Below are positions 9,601-16,942 of a stretch of 48,514 bases of DNA, piece after piece. The DNA comes from an uncultured Eubacteriales bacterium. Lineage in GTDB: Bacteria > Bacillota > Clostridia > Oscillospirales > CAG-382. Position numbers and translations under genes: made by a program. The notes beneath the pieces were generated by a model, which was not told the DNA's origin, ran no database searches, and saw only the letters and a list, made by a program, of their open reading frames with translations. The number at the start of each line of letters is the position of its first letter. Positions within the stretch are counted from its first letter, which is position 1. The DNA lies in contig URCT01000002.1 in NCBI GenBank assembly GCA_900546385.1, positions 1 through 48,514 on the forward strand, written 5' to 3'.

Positions 9601-11354
9601 TGTTCGGCATTGACGGTTTTGCACGGGAAAACGGCGTGATTTCCGGCAGCAGCACAAGAGCCGACTATGCCGTTTATACAAGCTTTGCGGATATGCCGGA
9701 AACAGCGGATATGCCGATTCTGCACATTCGCATGAAAACGAGCGAAAAAGCCAATGCCGAAATCTTCTTTGTCACCTCGTCGGACAGCACCTGGAACAAC
9801 GTGAAAAAGATGAACGTTGCTTTGGGCGAGCCGAACGAGTTCCACGACTATTATATCAACATGAGTGCGCTCGCCTCCTACAAAGACAAGCTTACCGCGC
9901 TCCGGCTTGACCCGTGCACCATGCCGGCGTCGTTTGAAATCGCGCTCATTGAATTCATGAAATATCCGGTCAAGCTCACGCCGACCGTCACCATCAACAC
10001 AAGAACGCTTTCCCTGCCCTTCGATCCGGTCAAAGCCGGAGACGATTACGAAATCGTCGGTGAAGCGGACGCCGGTTTCTATTCCCTGCTCCGCGTATAT
10101 TATGAATGGAACCGCGCGGACGGCATTCTGACTCTCAAAACAGCGGACAAGAAAACGCTTGTGTTCACGGTCGGAAAAGACACGGTGAACGCGGGCGGAA
10201 AAGACGTGCCGCTTGGTGCGGCATTTACCCTGCGCGACGGTCTGCCGGTGTTCCGGATAAAGAAAGTATGCGAGCTTTTAGGCTACACCTGTGAAATTTC
10301 ACCTGCCGAAATCAAAATCACAGCGGCTTCCGAAGCAGAGCTTGCCTACCTTGCGTCCCTAAAGCCCAACGAGTGGAATTTTGACAGCTACGGTGACGAC
10401 GAAGGCTGGCTGCCGCAAAAAAGCACGCTTGAGGTCTCCGACGGAAAGCTGTACGGCACACCGATGGACAGCGACCCGGCCGTCAAGCGCAGTGTGAACT
10501 TTGATGCGTCCGAATACACGCATCTGCTTCTCGGCATCCGCTATTCCGATGCGCTTGCCGATCAACGCGCCCAACTTTTCTTCATCACCGAAACCGACGG
10601 CACCTACAATGCCAAAAAGTGCATCAATGTCCGTTATGATGCGGACGGCAAAGCGCACAAGGACGGCGACATGGTTGAGCTTGTGTTCGATCTGCACTCA
10701 TCGGCCGCCTTTAAGGGCAAAATCACCGGTCTGCGGCTTGACCCGTTCAGCTTGAATGTGCCGTTTGAAATCGATTACATCAAGTGCGTATACGACGAAA
10801 CGCTGCCGACCACACCGCCGGAGGAAAGCGAAGATTCCTCTCTTGCCGAAGACATCAAGCCGACCAAGCCGGTCGAAGCGGAAATCAAAAACGGCAATGT
10901 CACATCCGGTGTGGAAATCAGCACGAACGGCGACGCGCTCATCACGCTCGACATGGATCCCGATACGGGCGACAAGGTTTGGCGGGTCAAAAGCACCTCG
11001 TCCGGCGAAACCTTTACCTATTTCGATGCTTCCATGCAGTTCGAAAAGGGCAAGACCTATGAGATCACCTACACCATCTATCCGACCGAAGACAGCGCCG
11101 GGAATCCGTACAGACAAGCCATCATCGGCGGAAGCCTGCGCTACGGAGACGGCGGCGGCACGGTGGCCAACCATACGTTCGGCGGCAATTCCAACAAGGC
11201 AAGCGGCAAATGGTTTACCGAAACCGCCGAGATGAAAATCGACGACAGCTATGTTCCGTCCGCCCAAGACTGCATTCGCTTGTGGGGCAAACCGGTAAAC
11301 GGAAACGGAATCGGCTATCTCGTAGCGGAAATTTCCGTAAAAATAAAAGAGTAA
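6657..11354 (+). CDS. Secreted SLH-anchored multidomain protein with LamG-like lectin, WbsX/GH99-like TIM-barrel-like region and CBM-like modules
   Basis: SD GAAGGAG and signal peptide MKKRFTRRILFAALLAAVLAASARA. Three SLH repeats (FTDVAETDWFEDSV..., IPDVSSDLPYESAVLSLYRAGILTG...). LamG-like segment (NVWQTLAVKADTQNKTADIYINGKK...VWFDDVRVYG). Central region EPYLGYYDDGLAETADWELKQMAEHGVDFINVCWY ... ISTWNEYSEGTYIAPT recalls the WbsX-like family. Two ...LRLDP... modules flank a copper-amine-oxidase-N-like stalk domain. C-terminal CBM-like domain. Confidence 0.8.
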   Translation: MKKRFTRRILFAALLAAVLAASARAALERVETYPAGHFTDVAETDWFEDSVKTTYEYGVMNGKAATLFAPTDTLSVAEALTLSARIHALTNEKPLSSETSGVWYEPYIRYLKENGFLRKGRFDDYDRPIRRYEFAEILSAVCGRLPEINTLDAIPDVSSDLPYESAVLSLYRAGILTGNDETGTFGANTNLLRSEIAAMLSRVILADKRVAKTYPSVNAQLSAAYALIDCVNGNGRKGLSNGWTYDNRFDLMNTTGAQKNFLHDESDTEFYALARRFEAQKDGKLTLEAMLDVASSDGGVYLLFEDENENAVVGLRENGGFWELFGENATLSSVAVPKDKRTPVVFRMTLDLDRKTACCTVDEQNVGAVTLPEKALARLVIGITDKGKGTVKLNHLKLDKNYLLDEHFFVSESSVGKAPMGWNVTGDFTVEKIETEFGADVFSLRGSKAAAEKKLDKISGRLVFETMLLLPKESDSAAFSVRSAGKDAVKIEYKNGKIACGGTDLGTYTPNVWQTLAVKADTQNKTADIYINGKKKATVACDAANFDGLLLSTDGSAVWFDDVRVYGNPEKSADYPAKPQAASSDNYEVGMNMCYLWRDSESLEGWDAVSPFAEFEPYLGYYDDGLAETADWELKQMAEHGVDFINVCWYAPQEKMTAPIKKMRYSHAALNEGYMNAENSDYVKFCIMWENSTRYVGASNLEEFKEYIWKYWKEYYFSDSRYETLDGKALLTVWSLDIFLKTFGGTEGAAQAVEFMRSELTQMGYDGLVLLFATTQIVPQSTYAAISSIGADGTYNYHWSAAGYNPSVQITGNQTNLNAAKSVSSHSVPTVSIGFNDIGRNNSRDPIISVSDHLTVCGEIKKLLADFKTDSWRDRTVMISTWNEYSEGTYIAPTASTGFDYLENLRTAFTSDTSDHASLDAKPTDEQKSRVSHLYPEGFAPLRRYQLEKTDAEKIAEDTESLVSVLRFDMANEKESAAWDAMFGIDGFARENGVISGSSTRADYAVYTSFADMPETADMPILHIRMKTSEKANAEIFFVTSSDSTWNNVKKMNVALGEPNEFHDYYINMSALASYKDKLTALRLDPCTMPASFEIALIEFMKYPVKLTPTVTINTRTLSLPFDPVKAGDDYEIVGEADAGFYSLLRVYYEWNRADGILTLKTADKKTLVFTVGKDTVNAGGKDVPLGAAFTLRDGLPVFRIKKVCELLGYTCEISPAEIKITAASEAELAYLASLKPNEWNFDSYGDDEGWLPQKSTLEVSDGKLYGTPMDSDPAVKRSVNFDASEYTHLLLGIRYSDALADQRAQLFFITETDGTYNAKKCINVRYDADGKAHKDGDMVELVFDLHSSAAFKGKITGLRLDPFSLNVPFEIDYIKCVYDETLPTTPPEESEDSSLAEDIKPTKPVEAEIKNGNVTSGVEISTNGDALITLDMDPDTGDKVWRVKSTSSGETFTYFDASMQFEKGKTYEITYTIYPTEDSAGNPYRQAIIGGSLRYGDGGGTVANHTFGGNSNKASGKWFTETAEMKIDDSYVPSAQDCIRLWGKPVNGNGIGYLVAEISVKIKE

Positions 11355-11367
11355 AGGAGCAAACATC

Positions 11368-13560
11368 ATGAAAAAACGACTGACAGCACTCGTTTCTTCC
11401 CTCGCGCTTGCGGCTTTTTCGGCTTTGGGTGTAACTGCCTTTGAAGTTGAAAAGCCGGAAAGTGCCGATGAGGTATCCGCCACTGCTTCTCAAACCGCGC
11501 TTGCGGCAGCAGAAGTCACCGACCCGGAGCTTGGCATTTTAATCTATAAGCAGACCTTTGACACGGATGCCACGCCGACCTACATCAACACCGCTTACGA
11601 CATTTACGGCATCAACACGGACACGTCCGGCTTGACGCTTGCCGACGGAGCATTAACGGCGACCGGCACTGCCGGAACCTATCGCCAGTTTAATTTTCAA
11701 TACAAGGATGTGAGCGGAAGCGGCTCGAAGTTTTATCCGCGAAGCGGCACATATACCACCACCTTTGATTTGCGAAACGATGCCGCATCCACGACCGACA
11801 TCACCGAGTTACTTACCCGTTACCAAGGCACAAACCATCACAACGGACTGATGAGCTGTTATGTAAATCCTGCCGCCGCCAATGCGAACAAAGGCACCTG
11901 GCAGTCGTTCAAGACAGCGCACGTCTTCACCCGAAACGGCGACGACACCTTTACGGCAGGCCTCGCCGACAGCACCTCGACAGTCACCTCCGGTGCCGGT
12001 GAGCGCATTTATCAGCTTCGTCTGTATGTCAAGGGGGCCGAAAGCGTTTCCATCGACAACATCTGCTTATGGTATTTCCCGGCAAACGCCTATGTGTTAA
12101 GAGACGGCGAAAGCTATGCGTTTGCCTCCTATGATTCCGGCGATTTCACCTTCGGCACGCCCGAAAGCACGGAAAACTTTGTCGGCTGGGTATCGACGGA
12201 CGGCAAGGTATATGCCGCCGGAGCCGTGATTGCTGCCGCCGATGTCGGCGCGAAACTGCTCGGCAAGACCTTCACTGCCTTCTATCAGGACGCCTCCAAG
12301 CCTGCCATGGGCATGGCCTTTGAAGGCACAAACGACAAGAGCGTCAACTACAACATCGGCATTCTTTCCGGCGACAGCAACGTTACGGACGCAAGCTATG
12401 TCACCGAGGACGGCCGCACGGCGGTGCGTATATACTGCGAAAAAGGCGGTTGGAATCCGCGCTTCCACGCGCTTGCCGAAACGCCGTTTGACCCGGAGGA
12501 ATACACCCTCGTACAATACGTTTACAAGGCAGAACAAGGTCAGAATACCGCCGGAACGGACATCACCGGCTCCTCCGCACGGCTTCTCTATTGGACCTCA
12601 GCGGAAACAGACGGCTTCTATACCGACGGTGAACACAAAATCGGCGGCGATATCGGCATTGCGGTTGACAATGCATGGAAAACGCTGACCTACGATATGT
12701 CTGACGCGGCCAACGGCCTTGCCGCACATCCGTGGAACAAAACCGGCGGCATTTACGGCATCAGCGCAAGTCCGCTGCGTGCACCGGCACTTGCCGTTTC
12801 CTACATCGACGCGATCCGCGTCTACCGCAAGGGCGTCGTCACGGTGACCTACGACACCAACGCGCCGGAAGGTGCGGCCGTTCTTCAAACGGTCGAGGCC
12901 GACACGAACCGCGGCGTCGGCACCGGCTACTATCTCTCAAGTAATATGCCGGCCGTGGAAGGCTATCATTTTGCCGGCTGGGCATTAACGCCGGACGCTT
13001 CCGCACTCGAAACGGTAAGCACAATCGATTTGACCGGCGATACGACGGTCTATGCCGTATGGGTCCACGACCATGCACCGCTCACCTCCGACAAGACCTC
13101 CATCCGCACAAACGGCGTAACGGGCATTCGGTTCAAGGCAAGCGTTTATCAAAAGGTCATGACCTATGACAACGTGGAAATCGGCTTTTTGGCGGCACGC
13201 TCCAACGAAGAGACACAGATCAACATGGAATTGACCGGCGGCGAGCTGAATTTGGATTGCGTTACCTATGGCTTTGCCGTCAAAGGTACGGCTTTTGAGA
13301 AAACCGACGGCAATGTGGCCGTCAATCGCCTGTGGGAGGATGGCGACGGCGTCTTTTCCTCCTTCACGGCCTGCGTGATCGGTATTCCGAAGAAGTATTA
13401 CACCGAAAACATTCTGGTGCGCCCGTATGTCACCATCGGCAGCACCACCTTCTACGGCGCCGCCAAGGAGCAATCGCTCTATAACGCCGCCAAAGCAAGC
13501 GCGGATACGGACAATCCCATCATCCGGGAGATTCTTTCCGCAGGCGACAGCAACACCTGA
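11368..13560 (+). CDS. Secreted protein with a Listeria-Bacteroides (InlB B-type) repeat; function unknown
   Basis: SD AAAGGAG, starting 13 nt after the upstream stop (same operon). Signal peptide MKKRLTALVSSLALAAFSALGVTAF. One repeat GYHFAGWALTPDAS...DTTVYAVW. The rest is unassigned. Confidence 0.75.
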   Translation: MKKRLTALVSSLALAAFSALGVTAFEVEKPESADEVSATASQTALAAAEVTDPELGILIYKQTFDTDATPTYINTAYDIYGINTDTSGLTLADGALTATGTAGTYRQFNFQYKDVSGSGSKFYPRSGTYTTTFDLRNDAASTTDITELLTRYQGTNHHNGLMSCYVNPAAANANKGTWQSFKTAHVFTRNGDDTFTAGLADSTSTVTSGAGERIYQLRLYVKGAESVSIDNICLWYFPANAYVLRDGESYAFASYDSGDFTFGTPESTENFVGWVSTDGKVYAAGAVIAAADVGAKLLGKTFTAFYQDASKPAMGMAFEGTNDKSVNYNIGILSGDSNVTDASYVTEDGRTAVRIYCEKGGWNPRFHALAETPFDPEEYTLVQYVYKAEQGQNTAGTDITGSSARLLYWTSAETDGFYTDGEHKIGGDIGIAVDNAWKTLTYDMSDAANGLAAHPWNKTGGIYGISASPLRAPALAVSYIDAIRVYRKGVVTVTYDTNAPEGAAVLQTVEADTNRGVGTGYYLSSNMPAVEGYHFAGWALTPDASALETVSTIDLTGDTTVYAVWVHDHAPLTSDKTSIRTNGVTGIRFKASVYQKVMTYDNVEIGFLAARSNEETQINMELTGGELNLDCVTYGFAVKGTAFEKTDGNVAVNRLWEDGDGVFSSFTACVIGIPKKYYTENILVRPYVTIGSTTFYGAAKEQSLYNAAKASADTDNPIIREILSAGDSNT

Positions 13561-13567
13561 CAAAAAA

Positions 13568-13600
13568 CTGCGGAAAAGAGATTTTTCCTCTTTTCCGCAG
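13568..13600. terminator. Hairpin between convergent genes (13-bp perfect stem)
   Basis: CTGCGGAAAAGAG / CTCTTTTCCGCAG with a 7-nt loop. The A-run on the left gives a U-tract only for the minus-strand transcript. On the plus strand there is no U-tract, so plus-strand termination is less certain. Confidence 0.6.
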
Positions 13601-13734
13601 CCCGTATACCCTCGCGCAGTTTGGCGCGAAACTCTCCTTTTCGCACGTCCTTGAAGATTTCTTTAAGGGCGTGTGTTTTTTATGTTTCGGCAAAGCCCTT
13701 GCTTGCCTCTTCTTTTTTTCGGTTGCGTTATGCC

Positions 13735-16530
13735 CTATTCCGGCGTGTATTCGATCGAGCCAAGTGCATTTTCGTCGCTGTCATACAGCGTCGCTTTGAC
13801 CGTGCCGCTCGGTTTGAAGCTTTTCGGCGTGATGATACGGTATTCGCCCTCGCCGTTGCTGATAAGGCTCATTTTGCCGGTGCTTACCACTTCGCCGTCC
13901 TCAATCGCTTCATACACGACCGTGTAGGTGGCTTCTTCCAAAACGGTAATATACACGCTGCCGTCTTTATACGTGATTCCGTATTCCAGTTTTTCCGGCG
14001 GCAGAAGCGGCTTCAGAACGCGGATTTCGCCGTATTCCGACTTGTACCGCACCCAACCCTGTCTGGTAGTGGTAGACGGAACCTCCGTTCCTCTTGTCCA
14101 AACCGAGGTATCGAGCGCATTCGGAAGAACAACCTCTTCTTTGACGTCCGGATAGCCGTCCAAAGTGCGTTCCGCCGTGCCTTCTTCGGTTTCGGTCGGC
14201 GCTTTGGTGATCCCCCACGGCTGCCACCAATGCGCATACAAGGTCACGTCATCGCCCTTGATTTCGTCAAGCGATTCGATCTTTGTGCCGCCGTCCTTTT
14301 CGGTATACCAACCATCAAAGGTTAATCCTTGGCGCGAAAGCGTTTGGAACGGTTCGTCGCCAATCCGCCAATAGGCATTGATATAATAGCAGCCCGTCGT
14401 TTTGCCGCCGTCGTAGTTGGGATCAAAGGTCACATGGCGTTTTTCGGTGCTTGTCGGAAGCTCGACCTTGGCCTTCACGCCAAAGCCGTATGGCATCGAA
14501 TATTCGGTGTCATAATACTGTCTCGACACTTCCACGGTATTGCCGTTTTGCCGCAGGATGCAGAAAATAACGTTCGGAATGTCCTTAATGCCCGTATAGG
14601 TATAGTATTCATCGGTTTCGATATCGTACAAATACATGGGATAGTGGCTGGTCACGTAGTCGCTGAAGAAGAAGCAGATGAATCTGCCGTCCTCGGTGCG
14701 GATGGCGGAGCTTGCCTGACTGGTACTTACAGAATCCAACGTGCCTTCTAACTCCGTTGTAAACTTCACCTTGTCAAGATCCACATAATAGAAGCCATTT
14801 TTGCTGTCTTCCCAGAACAGCGGCAAAACGTTGAAGGCAAACAGCCAATCCTTTTCATACCGCTTGTCGGAGCAATGCACTTTGTAATCGTAATGTTTGG
14901 TCAAAGCCGAATCGCTGACCAAGAAGAAAGTGCGTCCGATCGTTCCGGCGATATCGGGAACCGGGTCATCCCACGTGACATCCACATGGTACTTTACGCC
15001 GTCAATGGTGACAACGCTCCATGCATGAAGTGCCGGGCCCTTGCCATTATCCGCATATCCGACCACCTGCTCCGCTTGAATGCCCACGCGGCTAAGCAAA
15101 TCGTTATAGCCCTTGGTGTAGCCGTCGCAGACCGCAAAGCCATCGACGATCGAGCCGTATTCGCTGTGACTGTATTTCTTCCTATATGTCAAGTCATACG
15201 TGCAGTGTTCCACCAGCCAGTCGTGGAGCCGCAGAGCCTTTGCCACATCGGACAAGCCTTCGCCGAGATCATCGCCGAGCGCTTCACGCAAGGCTTTCTG
15301 CACAGCGGCTTCGTAGATGGCTTTGTCGTAGCTCTTCTTCTCGTTGGAAGGAGCGCCTTTACCGCCATCGACATTCACCTTTGTTTCGTCCGACGAATCG
15401 GTGTTGTCGTCTTTCTTGGTATCTTCGTCTTTCTTGGTATCTTCGTCTTTTTGGGTATTGTCGTCCTTCTTGGTGTCTTCGTCTTTTTTGGTGTCCTCAT
15501 CCTTTGCCGGTTCATCCGAATCATTCGAATCGTCTGCATCGTCCGGATCAGGCTGCACCGGCGTTACCGGCACGGTGGAGGCACGCTTTAAGAAGGTCAC
15601 GATCTGACCGCGCGTACAGGTATCGTCCGGCGAAAAGGTGGTGGCGGACGTGCCGTTGGTCACGCCGTTTTTCACCGCCCATGCCACGGCTTGTGCATAG
15701 TCCGCGTCGGCTTTTACGTCGGTAAACGTCGAGATGACCTCGGTTTTCGGACTGCCGGCGTTTTTCCAAAGATAAATGACCGTCGAAGCACGGGTGCAGG
15801 GCGTGTACGGCTCGAAATTGCGGCCGGTGACCATGGTATGATCCTTAGCCCACATGGCCGGTTCATAGTAATAGTCCGAAGCCAATACGTCGTCGAAGAT
15901 GATAAAGCCCTCTCGTTTGGGATTTCCGGCGGCACGCCACATAAAGGTGAGTATCTGCGCACGCGTGCAGGTGTCGTCCGGCGAAAAGGTGGTGGCCGTC
16001 GTGCCGGTGGTGATCTTCTTATCCAAAGCCCAGTTGACGGCTTCGGCAAAATAATCGTCCGCTTTGACGTCGGTAAAGACAGGGCGCGCGGTTTGGCCGT
16101 CTTTCGACGCGGTATCCGTCTGCGACGTTGCACCATCGGCGGCCTTGAACGTATACGTCACGATGACGTTTGCGCCATCCGGCGTGACGTTCTGCGTCTT
16201 ATTGCCGTTGACCTTGACCGACATCTTGCTCATGTTCGTCGTAAACTTTTTGTCAAGTCCCGGCTTGATGCCGAGCTGTACCGTCACGGTATAATCGCAG
16301 TTTTCCTGGAAAACCGCATCCGCCGGCGACCAGGTCACGCTTAACACCCGGGTGCTGGCTTTTTCCGGAAGCGAAGCCGTTGCCGCCGGTATTTTTCCGG
16401 CTTTTGGCGCGTCAACCGTCAAATTGATAATGTTGATGATGCCGGCCGCAAAGGCTGACAGCGACAAAATCCCCATCAGAAAACAAACGGCAAAAATGCC
16501 GCATAGCCGCTTTTGTAGCGTGTTTTTCAC
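13735..16530 (-). CDS. Secreted SLH protein with transglutaminase-like cysteine-protease core and an InlB B-type repeat
   Basis: GTG start with GAGGAGG 7 nt upstream; signal peptide KNTLQKRLCGIFAVCFLMGILSLSAFA. Three SLH repeats (FTDVKADDYFAEAVNWALDKKITTG..., FTDVKADADYAQAVAWAVKNGVTNG...). (K/Q)KD(E/D)(D/N)T hexapeptide repeat linker. Cys-His-Asp core AVCDGYTKGYNDLLSRVGIQ...ALHAWSVVTIDGVKYHVDVTWDD. GLTFDGWYTEKDGG...VTLYAHW repeat. Confidence 0.85.
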   Translation of the reverse strand: MKNTLQKRLCGIFAVCFLMGILSLSAFAAGIINIINLTVDAPKAGKIPAATASLPEKASTRVLSVTWSPADAVFQENCDYTVTVQLGIKPGLDKKFTTNMSKMSVKVNGNKTQNVTPDGANVIVTYTFKAADGATSQTDTASKDGQTARPVFTDVKADDYFAEAVNWALDKKITTGTTATTFSPDDTCTRAQILTFMWRAAGNPKREGFIIFDDVLASDYYYEPAMWAKDHTMVTGRNFEPYTPCTRASTVIYLWKNAGSPKTEVISTFTDVKADADYAQAVAWAVKNGVTNGTSATTFSPDDTCTRGQIVTFLKRASTVPVTPVQPDPDDADDSNDSDEPAKDEDTKKDEDTKKDDNTQKDEDTKKDEDTKKDDNTDSSDETKVNVDGGKGAPSNEKKSYDKAIYEAAVQKALREALGDDLGEGLSDVAKALRLHDWLVEHCTYDLTYRKKYSHSEYGSIVDGFAVCDGYTKGYNDLLSRVGIQAEQVVGYADNGKGPALHAWSVVTIDGVKYHVDVTWDDPVPDIAGTIGRTFFLVSDSALTKHYDYKVHCSDKRYEKDWLFAFNVLPLFWEDSKNGFYYVDLDKVKFTTELEGTLDSVSTSQASSAIRTEDGRFICFFFSDYVTSHYPMYLYDIETDEYYTYTGIKDIPNVIFCILRQNGNTVEVSRQYYDTEYSMPYGFGVKAKVELPTSTEKRHVTFDPNYDGGKTTGCYYINAYWRIGDEPFQTLSRQGLTFDGWYTEKDGGTKIESLDEIKGDDVTLYAHWWQPWGITKAPTETEEGTAERTLDGYPDVKEEVVLPNALDTSVWTRGTEVPSTTTRQGWVRYKSEYGEIRVLKPLLPPEKLEYGITYKDGSVYITVLEEATYTVVYEAIEDGEVVSTGKMSLISNGEGEYRIITPKSFKPSGTVKATLYDSDENALGSIEYTPE
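15401..15508 (-). repeat. Six tandem 18-bp units encoding KDEDTK-type hexapeptides
   Basis: Plus-strand units: gtgttgtcgtctttcttg / gtatcttcgtctttcttg / gtatcttcgtctttttgg / gtattgtcgtccttcttg / gtgtcttcgtcttttttg / gtgtcctcatcctttgcc. In frame within CDS 13735..16530. Confidence 0.9.
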
Positions 16531-16576
16531 GTGATTTCCTCCTCACACTATCGAAAAAACTTCTTGCTCTGTGGAA

Positions 16577-16605
16577 ATTATAGCACTCTTTGCCGAAAAT
16601 TTCAA
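16577..16605 (-). promoter_or_regulatory. SigmaA-type promoter with extended -10 for the 931-aa SLH gene
   Basis: Minus strand reads TTGAAA (16600-16605), 17 nt, TGcTATAAT (-10 at 16577-16582). Confidence 0.65.
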
Positions 16606-16620
16606 GTAGATAGTCAAAGA

Positions 16621-16661
16621 AAATCAAAAAGGCTGTCTTCCGAAACGAAAGCAGCCTTTTT
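16621..16661 (-). terminator. Rho-independent terminator ending the giant-protein / small-ORF transcript
   Basis: Minus strand: AAAAAGGCTG...CAGCCTTTTT hairpin followed by TTTTTGATTT. Sits 19 nt after the stop of the 39-codon ORF. Confidence 0.7.
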
Positions 16662-16679
16662 GCCGTATTCAAACGAGAC

Positions 16680-16799
16680 TTAAAGGAAGTCCCATTCGCC
16701 GAGATCTTCTCCTCCCGGATTTCCGCCGGAAACGCAGAGCACGTCTGCCGCGCCTACCGAAACGATTTCCCAATCCGGTGTTTCCCATGTTTTTTTCAT
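16680..16799 (-). CDS. Unannotated small ORF, 39 aa acidic Trp/Gly-rich peptide
   Basis: ATG at 16799 is preceded by AAAGGAGG with 8-nt spacing; TAA at 16680-16682. Hand translation: MKKTWETPDWEIVSVGAADVLCVSGGNPGGEDLGEWDFL. A terminator follows immediately. Below the 60-aa cutoff of the supplied track. Confidence 0.55.
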   Translation of the reverse strand: MKKTWETPDWEIVSVGAADVLCVSGGNPGGEDLGEWDFL

Positions 16800-16942
16800 G
16801 TTCACTTCCTCCTTTACGGGTTGTTCTGTACAAAGCAGCCTTTGCACTGTCGATAAGCGTTTCGAACGATTTTCCCAAGCGTTTTGACCTTCACGTCTTC
16901 ACGGTAAAAGGAAAATTAGCGTCCGCCGATTGGCAGCCATTG

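Noticed and set aside
13621-16344. Plus-strand ORFs 13621..14325, 14329..14751, 14875..15591, 15186..15725 and 15691..16344
   Set aside because: All are antisense shadows of the 931-aa SLH/transglutaminase-like gene. There are no SD sites and the composition is implausible.
16669-16878. Track ORF of 69 aa (MGKSFETLIDSAK...) on the minus strand
   Set aside because: It has no SD, and its very Arg-rich tail reads through the region in a different frame from the 39-codon ORF. That ORF has the AAAGGAGG site and ends just before the terminator.
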